35,292 nt of DNA from Planctomycetota bacterium. Its GTDB lineage: Bacteria; Planctomycetota; Phycisphaerae; Sedimentisphaerales; Anaerobacaceae. Numbering within the stretch: position 1 is the first letter of the stretch; each line of letters begins with the position of its first letter. Shown piece after piece: positions 1 to 7,500 of this stretch. The notes beneath the pieces are model-generated. The model saw nothing but the letters and a program-made list of their open reading frames with translations. It had not been told where the DNA came from and searched no databases. The DNA is taken from assembly GCA_017885385.1 (NCBI GenBank), contig JAFNGF010000143.1, forward strand, positions 9,884 to 45,175, written 5' to 3'. A program made the translations under genes and the position numbers.

Positions 1-360
1 AATATGGACTTTGAAAAGGCCGCCTTCTACTGCGCCAAGATTCTGAAAAAATTGATGCCCATAAAGAGCGGCGATGTCATTAACATCAATATACCCTTGC
101 TGTCGGCTGGAGAGCCGAAAGGCGTAAAGGTTGTGCCTCAATCAACGGGCGGCCTGCACGAGTATTACATCGCTCAAAAAGATGAGCAAAGCCAGACCCT
201 ATTCCAACTGGCTGGAGGCACCCACCGCTCTGAGATAAGCTCAACCGACACCACTGCGTTGGCAGAAGGCTTTATAACTATAACGCCCCTGGTCGCTGAT
301 ATGACCAGCCACAGCAAAATGGCCGACCTGCAATCTCAAGTAGAAAGCATCTCTCTATAG
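1..360 (+). CDS. surE: 5'/3'-nucleotidase SurE, C-terminal part (5' end outside window)
   Basis: The frame is open from the window edge to TAG 358-360. The translation (..DVININIPLL..GVKVV..TDTTALAEGFITITPLVADMT) fits the conserved SurE C-terminal pattern (NVNxP ... DTDAL..G(Y/F)I(S/T)ITPL..D(L/M)T). Confidence 0.7.
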   Translation, partial: NMDFEKAAFYCAKILKKLMPIKSGDVININIPLLSAGEPKGVKVVPQSTGGLHEYYIAQKDEQSQTLFQLAGGTHRSEISSTDTTALAEGFITITPLVADMTSHSKMADLQSQVESISL

Positions 361-438
361 GCTGGATGCCGGTCATCCCGATCTAGTCGGGAGCACAGCA
401 TCGGCGAACTTATTTGCTGAGAAATTGCCGCATCTCAG

Positions 439-467
439 TTGACATAGCGTATTGAGTGCTGTAGAAT
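439..467 (+). promoter_or_regulatory. sigma70-like promoter candidate TTGACA-17 nt-TAGAAT
   Basis: TTGACA lies at 439-444 and TAGAAT at 462-467, with an exact 17-nt spacer. The pair sits about 70 nt upstream of the 538 ATG. This is a motif match only. Confidence 0.4.
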
Positions 468-537
468 AAACGTTTGTAAGGTTTGCATCCTGACGGCGCA
501 ACGGTGGAGCCTATTTCTTTATAAGAGGGAGGATAGA

Positions 538-1335
538 ATGAGCAGAAGCGCATTCACACTGATTGAGCTTTTGGTAGTAATTGCAATTATCGCCGTTCTG
601 ATGGCAATTCTACTGCCTTCCCTGCAGCTGGCAAGGGAGCAGGCCAACGCTATCCGCTGCATTAGCAACCTGAGAACGCTGACGTTAGCCTGGCTAGTAT
701 ATAAGGACGACTATGATGCCAAGATGGTGGGCGGCCATGTCGGAGAAAAAAGGAGCGGCATTCTTGTTGACTGGGTGGATAGCCCATCCAGTGGCCAGGC
801 CCCGCTGGATGAGAAAAAGGCATCTTGCAGAAGGGGCCTGCTGTGGCCTTACGTCAAGCTTATAGATGTATACCGCTGCCCCGGCGACTTAAGAAAGATG
901 AACCCACCGCACTGGGCCTTTCGCAGCTATTCCATCAGCGGCAACATGTTCGGAGAGGAAAGATTTTCAGGGTGGACTGGAAGGGCGCTACGGCTATACA
1001 CGGAGATAAAACAGCCTGCCGATAAGTACGTCTTCGTAGAGGAAATCGATCCGAGAGGATACAACATGGGCTCCTGGGTCGTTAACGCGCCCCCCAGCAA
1101 CAGCTGGATCGACCCGCTGGCAATCTGGCACAACAAACAAAGCACACTCAGTTGGGCCGATGGGCGGGCTGAAAAACACCGATGGGTCGATAGGAGCACT
1201 ATGGAAGCTGCCCAGGATGCCTTCGATGGTCTGCAGCGCGCGTTCGATAGGACCCCGCCCGCAGGCGAGGGCGAAGACCTGAAATTCATGCAGGACCGCT
1301 ATCAATTATGGCCCACCAGGCGCCCCTATCCGTAA
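538..1335 (+). CDS. prepilin-type N-terminal cleavage/methylation domain protein, H-X9-DG (DUF1559-like) family
   Basis: ATG 538 is preceded by GAGGGAGG (525-532). The N-terminus MSRSA|[22 protein letters not shown] is a class III signal with Glu at +5. The C-terminal IWH(198)[10 protein letters not shown](208)G (nt 1129-1164) is an exact H-X9-DG signature. Confidence 0.85.
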   Translation: MSRSAFTLIELLVVIAIIAVLMAILLPSLQLAREQANAIRCISNLRTLTLAWLVYKDDYDAKMVGGHVGEKRSGILVDWVDSPSSGQAPLDEKKASCRRGLLWPYVKLIDVYRCPGDLRKMNPPHWAFRSYSISGNMFGEERFSGWTGRALRLYTEIKQPADKYVFVEEIDPRGYNMGSWVVNAPPSNSWIDPLAIWHNKQSTLSWADGRAEKHRWVDRSTMEAAQDAFDGLQRAFDRTPPAGEGEDLKFMQDRYQLWPTRRPYP

Positions 1336-1434
1336 GGGCCTCAAACTCGACAGATTCTCTCGGCATTGAGAGCACAGACCTTATAACATAAACACGGGCA
1401 CGGCCTCCTTGGCGCCGCGGCCGGCGGCAAGACA

Positions 1435-2010
1435 ATGTTCGACTTGTTTGAACAGCCCTGGACGTTGGTGGGCGCTGCGGTGCTGGTGTTATTCGGCATG
1501 CTGACATTCCGCAGCGTCCTCCCGGAAAAACGCCGGTGGTGGCAATTGGCCGTGCCGGCCTTCATTGTTGCAGCCGCATTCGGGACGGACCTTCTCGTTC
1601 AGACCGACCGCGAGAAAATTTACGCCCTGCTTAAAAAGGGCATGAAAGCCATTGAGCAAGAAGACCCTAACGCCCTGGCGGCAATCATTTCCGCCGATTA
1701 CAACGATTCCTACCATAACAGTAAACAAGAATTGATGGCCCACACCTGGAGACAGATGGAGCGGTCCGGCGTCCAGAAAATCAAAAAAAACAGTGCTCTC
1801 GTACAACTGTCACCACCGCAGGCAACTGTCAATCTGATAGTATTGGTAAGATTCGAGCAGGATAGTTACATCGCTCAGAATTACAAGCCGTGGCTGCTGA
1901 TAAAGATAAGAATCAATTTTCAAAAGCAGCCCGACAAGAGCTGGTTGATTAACAGAGCCGAAGTGCTTGAGGTCGATAAACAACCGGTTCAATGGCGGCA
2001 GGTCAAATAG
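1435..2010 (+). CDS. hypothetical membrane-anchored protein (two N-terminal hydrophobic segments, possible NTF2-like C-terminal domain)
   Basis: This is a 191-codon ORF with no competing ORF. The hydrophobic N-terminus reads WTLVGAAVLVLFGMLTF / LAVPAFIVAAAFG. I recognised no family motif with certainty. Confidence 0.55.
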   Translation: MFDLFEQPWTLVGAAVLVLFGMLTFRSVLPEKRRWWQLAVPAFIVAAAFGTDLLVQTDREKIYALLKKGMKAIEQEDPNALAAIISADYNDSYHNSKQELMAHTWRQMERSGVQKIKKNSALVQLSPPQATVNLIVLVRFEQDSYIAQNYKPWLLIKIRINFQKQPDKSWLINRAEVLEVDKQPVQWRQVK

Positions 2011-2041
2011 CCGGGCGGCAGTGTCAAAACGGTCCGCACAA

Positions 2042-2123
2042 GGCGGATAAATATTCAGCCCCGCACCGGGACCAGCACCTACGGGCAAGTCTGAGTTCTG
2101 TGGCCGGGACAATTGGTGCGGGG
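2042..2123. repeat. degenerate copy (f) of the double-hairpin repeat family, with an expanded loop; sits between convergent genes
   Basis: GGCGGATAAATATTCAGCC resembles arm A of copy e. It is followed by CCCCGCACC (2059-2067), which pairs with GGTGCGGGG (2115-2123) across a 47-nt loop. Confidence 0.3.
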
Positions 2124-2166
2124 CGGGGCGGCGTTGCTGCGATTGAGGATGCCGCTTGCCAGCGGG

Positions 2167-2352
2167 TTATAGCTTTGCAGACTTACAGAGGCTTTTTTCT
2201 CCGGCTGCAACCCGGCCGCAGATCTTGCAATAGAACTTGCCGCCTTTGACAAGGGCTTTGTACTCTTTGGGATTGCTTAGCTGAAATCCCAGATTCGTCA
2301 AATAACACAAGTGTTTGCCGTGGCTTGGATGAGGCATTGCTGCTTTGGCCAT
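2167..2352 (-). CDS. small hypothetical Cys-containing protein (61 aa, CxxC...C near the C-terminus)
   Basis: ATG at 2350-2352 follows AAGGG with about a 6-nt spacer, whereas the track start at 2379 is TTG. The translation is MAKAAMPHPSHGKHLCYLTNLGF..KFYCKICGRVAAGEKSLCKSAKL. I could not assign a family. Confidence 0.4.
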   Translation of the reverse strand: MAKAAMPHPSHGKHLCYLTNLGFQLSNPKEYKALVKGGKFYCKICGRVAAGEKSLCKSAKL

Positions 2353-2374
2353 AATCTGCCCTTTCAAATCATCA

Positions 2375-2430
2375 GTCAATTTCTAACTGTCAATTTTCAA
2401 TTTACAATTGTCAATTGTCAATTTACAATT
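2375..2430. repeat. 8 tandem heptamers (GTCAATT TCTAACT GTCAATT TTCAATT TACAATT GTCAATT GTCAATT TACAATT)
   Basis: Read directly from the sequence. The array fills the divergent intergenic region between the small minus-strand ORF and hisF. On the minus strand it creates repeated TTGACA hexamers. Confidence 0.85.
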
Positions 2431-2473
2431 GCTTTCGGTCGGCGGATTCGACTCTATTACGGAGATAGGTCTT

Positions 2474-3238
2474 ATGGACTACAGAAGAATTATCCCCTGC
2501 TTGGATGTGAAGGACGGGCGATTAGTCAAGGGCATCAACTTTGTGAAGCTAGAAGATGTGGGCGACCCCGCAGAAAATGCCGCCGTTTACAGCCAGGCGG
2601 GGGCAGACGAATTGGTCTTTCTCGATATCACGGCTACCATCGAGAAGAGAAAGACACTCCTGGATGCGGTCAAAAGAACGGTAGAGAGAATTTCCGTGCC
2701 GCTGACCGTCGGCGGGGGAATAGGAAGCTGCAAGGCAATCCAAGAACTGCTGGTAATCGGCGTATCAAGGGTATCCGTCAATACTGCCGCGGTGCGAAAT
2801 CCGAATTTCGTCAAAGAGGCATCTAAAGAATTCGGCAGTGATAAAATCGTCGTGGCGATAGACACCTCCAGCAATTCACAGCTGCCATCGGGCTTTGAAG
2901 TCATAGTGACCGGCGGTACTGTCGGTACAGGCCTTGACGCAGTCGCGTGGGCGAAAAAGGTGGAAGAGCTGGGAGCAGGAGCAATCCTTCCTACAAGCAT
3001 GGACACCGACGGCACACAGGCTGGATACGACATCCCTATGACTAGAGCGATTGCTGATGCGGTATCGCTGCCGGTGATTGCATCCGGCGGAGCCGGAACG
3101 CTCGAACACCTTTATCAGGCCATTGTTGAGGGCCACGCGGATGCAGTGCTGGTGGCGTCAATAGCCCACTTTGGCAAATACACCATAAGGCAGATGAAAG
3201 AGTATTTAGCCAAGCATCAGATACCTGTGAACCTGTGA
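2474..3238 (+). CDS. hisF: imidazole glycerol phosphate synthase cyclase subunit HisF
   Basis: ATG 2474 has GGAG 10 nt upstream. MDYRRIIPCLDVKDGRLVKG..ADELVFLDITA..PLTVGGGI..SVNTAA..ASGGAG..ADAVLVASIAHF is the canonical HisF pattern. The longer track ORF starting at 2408 reads through the heptamer array. Confidence 0.95.
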   Translation: MDYRRIIPCLDVKDGRLVKGINFVKLEDVGDPAENAAVYSQAGADELVFLDITATIEKRKTLLDAVKRTVERISVPLTVGGGIGSCKAIQELLVIGVSRVSVNTAAVRNPNFVKEASKEFGSDKIVVAIDTSSNSQLPSGFEVIVTGGTVGTGLDAVAWAKKVEELGAGAILPTSMDTDGTQAGYDIPMTRAIADAVSLPVIASGGAGTLEHLYQAIVEGHADAVLVASIAHFGKYTIRQMKEYLAKHQIPVNL

Positions 3239-3410
3239 AATTGCCGGCGGTCAACCACAGATTACACAGACTTGCTTCTTAACAGTGTGAATCCGTGTAA
3301 ATCCGTGTCTAAATTGCCAATTGCATATCGAAAGTCACACCTTAGAGCTGCCGATATAAGGATTGTATGAGTTCTGCCCGCCGGTGGTGGGCCGCAGTCT
3401 TTCGTCAGAT

Positions 3411-3459
3411 GATTTTCGATTTACGATTTTCAATCGGCAATCGCCAATCGTAAATCTCG
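3411..3459. repeat. 7 tandem heptamers (GATTTTC GATTTAC GATTTTC AATCGGC AATCGCC AATCGTA AATCTCG)
   Basis: Read directly from the sequence. The GATTTNC sub-unit recurs at 22367-22387. Confidence 0.85.
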
Positions 3460-3739
3460 TAAGGGCCTGTAATGTTCGGTAAACTGAAGAAAAACGGGTT
3501 GACTTTCAGCCCTGGGTCTTTCAGTATTCAATGGTATCCGAGCAGCAGAAGCTGCGTCAGCAGCAGCCGGCGAAGGCCCAAACCTGCCCAGATGCCCCCC
3601 TTGATGGTCCGCAAAGCCGACTGGCGCCGGTAGAACTGGCCACCGACTCTTCTTGTCTCCGCGATGTGCTTGACTTTCTCAGCATCCGGTTCGTGCCCGC
3701 AAACTCGAAGGTTTCCTCGACCACAAAACCGCATAAAAA

Positions 3740-3795
3740 CCCGCGGTAAAACCACGGGCTAACTATTTAGCCCCCAAATTTATTTGGGGGTTGTT
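3740..3795. terminator. three overlapping hairpins (copy a of the double-hairpin family); candidate bidirectional terminator
   Basis: The three hairpins are CCCGCGGTAAAACCACGGG (3740-3758), GGGCTAACTATTTAGCCC (3756-3773) and CCCCCAAATTTATTTGGGGG (3771-3790). On the minus strand the last hairpin read is followed by TTTTTAT, about 80 nt after the stop of the 3836..4477 gene. Confidence 0.5.
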
Positions 3796-3835
3796 CATTC
3801 CGGTATTTATGCCGGGGTTCTTCTTGTCTTACAAC

Positions 3836-4477
3836 TTACAGCGTCCCACGTCTGCGCAGTAAACTCACGAGACTCACACCAATCGTGCAAAGCAAAATAG
3901 CAGCCGGTGCAGGTATCACTTGTACATTATCGACGCCCAGAATCGACTCATACGAACCTGGCACTGCTCCGTCTGTGGTGGTGAAATCAAGCGTGTAAGT
4001 ATCGCTGACTGGCAAAACATACGAAATCCTCGTCCAGTCCACATTCTCATCCTCAGCGAGTTCATGGCCCGGAGTATTATGCTCGAAGAGCGTTACGCTG
4101 CCTGTTGACCAGGTCAATGTTCCCACAGCCGTGTCGTAATATGGGGCGATGTCTCCGAAGTCGAAGAAATAGTCGAACTGCAAAACAAGTCCGGCGTTGG
4201 CTATAAAGGTCTGACTGAGGGTCGCAACGTCTGTCCCCATGGTGTCAGTGCTCCACAGCGAGGCGAAATAACTGCCCTCGGTCGGTGTCCAGTCGGGCGC
4301 GATCGGAGGCACGACGTCACGGGACATCTCGAAATCGGTCACAAACACGGTTCCCGTGGAGGTCCAGCCTGTAAGGTCGGTGGTTTCGAATCCTCCGTTG
4401 GTGATGTTACTCTGTGCCGCCGGGCACAGAAACAGTACCACACCCACAAGAAGTGGGATGCATTTGTTACCCTTCAT
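3836..4477 (-). CDS. secreted protein with a PEP-CTERM-like C-terminal sorting signal (PAP variant) and a jelly-roll/CBM-like N-domain
   Basis: ATG 4475-4477 has GGAGGAGG 5 nt upstream, whereas the track start at 4537 has none. The signal peptide is MKGNKCIPLLVGVVLFLCPAAQS. The NGGFETTDLTGW motif is present. The C-terminus VIPAPAAILLCTIGVSLVSLLRRRGTL follows the Pxx-P / TM helix / Arg cluster pattern. Confidence 0.8.
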   Translation of the reverse strand: MKGNKCIPLLVGVVLFLCPAAQSNITNGGFETTDLTGWTSTGTVFVTDFEMSRDVVPPIAPDWTPTEGSYFASLWSTDTMGTDVATLSQTFIANAGLVLQFDYFFDFGDIAPYYDTAVGTLTWSTGSVTLFEHNTPGHELAEDENVDWTRISYVLPVSDTYTLDFTTTDGAVPGSYESILGVDNVQVIPAPAAILLCTIGVSLVSLLRRRGTL

Positions 4478-4553
4478 AAAACCTCCTCCGATATTCAATT
4501 GTTTGCTTAAATACTCCTCAAAAATACTATTATACAATAATTGGTGTCTCCTG

Positions 4554-7500
4554 TCAAGGCGAAACTAATACGGAATCGCGTCCTTCAATCAAAACTCCGC
4601 TCGTGGTGCTTCCAGTCAGGATGCCTTCGGTATCGCCAAGTTTGAATCCGCATTTAAACGTAAGGAATCCATACATTGCATCGGGCAATCCGTCGGCATT
4701 CATATCTCGAATGGTGGGCGCACGCACCGGTGCGGCTTCAGCTCCAGTCCGTCCAAATCGCACCGTTGATGAATTCAAGGTCGTTACATTGAAGCTGGCG
4801 CTGCCGAAAACCACAACGGAGATGGTGTAATTCTTGCTGAGGTACACCCTGTTCGGTGTCTGGTTGGGGTAGATGTCGATACCTATGGCCAGGAGCAGCC
4901 AGCCATCCTGGCAGGTCCAGGGAAGGTTGTCCTGGCCGCCACTGAAGACATAAGGACTATCGACAATGCGGTCATGGTTTCCATCCGGCGTCGTCCAGTC
5001 GCTCCAGAAATTACCGCCGATTGGCGCATCCAGGTTGAAGACGTTGCCGCTTCCGCCATCGACATGCGCCTGCACGTGATTACTGATAAAGTTGTTGTTG
5101 TAGATAGTATTGACGTTGGAATTGTTCAGTTGGATTCCAGCCCATGTGCTCGAGCTGCACGTGTTGTGTGATAAGGTGTTGTTATTAGATTCTCCAAGGG
5201 ATATTCCAGCGAATTCTAGATTAACCCTGTTGCCTGTTAGGGTATTGCCGGAAGAATTGTCCAGGTTGATTCCACTCCATGTGTTCAGTTCAGCAATGTT
5301 ATCAGTTAGGTTATGGTCTTGGGAATGGTAAAGGCTTATTCCATTGTCGTTGTTCGAGTTGCATGTGTTGCCTGTTAGGGTATTGTTACTGGATTCCCAA
5401 ATGGCAATTCCGTTGCCGTTGTTCAAGCTGCATGTGTTGTCTGTTAGGGTATTGCCGGTGGAGTTTTGCAGGTTGATTCCTTCGCCGTTCAGACTATTCG
5501 TGTTGCCTGTTAGGTTATTCTTTTCGGAATAGTAAAGTCTGATTCCAGCCCATGAGCTCGAGTTGCATGTGTTGTCTGTTAGGTTGTTACCAATGGAATA
5601 GTCAAGACATATTCCAACGTTGTGCGAATTATTCGTGTTGCCTGTTAGGGTACTTCCATTGGAATAGTAAAGGTTGATTCCAGCCCATGTGTTCAATTCA
5701 GAATTGTTTCCCTCTAAGGTATTGTTATCGCAAGCGTGAAGGTCAATTCCAACGTTGTTCGAATTATTCGTGTTGCCTATTAGGTTATTGTTGTTACTAG
5801 ATCCCCAAAGGTTGATTCCAGCGCCGTCGTTCGAGCTGCATGTGTTGGTTGTAATGGTATTACCGGTGGAATTTTCCAGCCAGATTCCAGCCCGTTTGTT
5901 CGATTCACAAATGTTGCCTGTTAGGGTATTGCCTGTGGAATTGTACAGGCCGATTCCATCATAGTCGGTGCTCGAATTACATGTGTTGTTATTTAAAGTA
6001 TTGCCGTTGGAGGAATCGTGTATAGCGATTCCACACCAAGCGTTCGATTCACAAACGTTGCCTGTGAGGGTATTGCCGGTGGAATTGTCAAGGCTGATTC
6101 CAACGCCGTTCGAATTATTCGTGTTGCCTGTTAGGTTGTTACCGGAAGAATGCCACAGGTTGATTCCAGGCCCTGTGTTCGATTCAGAATTGTTTCCTTC
6201 TAAGGTATTGTTTTCGGAATAGTCAAGGGCGATTCCACGGCCGTTTAAATTAGTTGTGTTGCCTGTTAGGGTATTGCCGGAAGAATTCCCAATGTAGATT
6301 CCATTCCCAAAACTCTGGATATTTAGATTTTTGACGGTGACTCCGGTCCTTGCGAAAAGTGCGACTCCGTCACCCGACCCTGGTCCGACTACCCTATGCC
6401 CAGCCCCATCCAGAGTCAGATTGTCTTGGTCTATTCGGATGGATCCAGTCACATCTTGGGTCAGAGTATATGTCCTTGTAACAGGGTCCCACGTCCCAAC
6501 TGAGGTATTTGTGGGGATGGAAATTGCGGTTGTTGTGAAGCTCCAGATATTGCCCGTATATGTCGTGGCCCCGTCAAATTCATGTATCCGCCAATAGTAG
6601 GTGGTGCCGTATGCAAGGACTTCGGGGGTATAGGTGGTTTCTATCTGAGTGCCCTTATCTGTACCGCCTGTACCGGAAACCACATCAGCTTGATTGGTGC
6701 CAAAGTAGATATGGTGTGAAATCGCACCACTTCCGGGCGTCCAGTTCAGGGCAATATCAGTCGGCACATCCGTCGCCCCATTACCGGGGCTTGGGTTGGC
6801 GGCCTTGAAGGTGATCCAGGGCGAAAGAAACGTCCCGGAGATAATTGCCCGCGTCGGGATAGTCGGACCTTGCCACGCAACAGCCAAGTTGTCGTCACCC
6901 CCGCCTTCTGAGTGTAGGGCCTCGATGTAATATATTCTACCAGCCTCCAAAGCGATCTCACTAGAGCGTTGTTCAGGCGTCCTATCGAAGTCGCGCGAAG
7001 GCGTCCAGCCCGGCACGCTGGCAATCTGAACCGCGTGGGCAGGATCCTCATCCGTGCTCAGCCACAGTTGGCTCTGGTCATCGCTGGCAATCCAGAAGGT
7101 GTAGTTGCCGGTCTGTGGCGGATATAGATAGCCACGAACATGCGTCCCGTAGTTGTCCCTCCAATTTATGGGGCCTTCAAAACTTGTCCGCAACTCACTG
7201 CGATCAGGGCTATCCGGGAATGTAGGAAGGTTGAAGAGCGTTTCCAGAGTCTCGTTTGTGCCCCAGAAGTACTCGAACAAAATGTTGCCTGCTCCCTGTC
7301 CTTGTGTTGTGAACCTCCAGATATTGCCCGTATATGTCGTGGCCCCGTCAAATTCATCTATCCGCCAATAGTAAGTTGTGCCGTATGAAAGGGTTCCTGG
7401 CGGATCGTAGCTGGTTCCAATCTGAGTGCCCATGTCCGTGCTGGGTGTACCGGCAGCGACATCGGCCTGATTGGTACCAAAGTAGATATGGTGAGAAATC

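Noticed and set aside
2408-2473. 5'-extended starts proposed by the ORF track for hisF (2408), the PEP-CTERM protein (4537), pilin 2 (26249), the PL11 lyase (29700), argH (31950) and the SOR (33677)
   Set aside because: In each case an internal ATG has a clear Shine-Dalgarno sequence. It also gives the expected N-terminus (signal peptide, prepilin leader or conserved family start). The extensions read through repeats or overlap neighbouring genes.
3528-3755. Overlapping 75-aa (minus) and 72-aa (plus, 3531..3749) ORFs
   Set aside because: Neither has an RBS. The minus ORF starts at GTG inside a hairpin repeat. Both translations are Arg/Gln/Pro-rich with no recognisable motif. The region is treated as non-coding (see the candidate-transcript finding).
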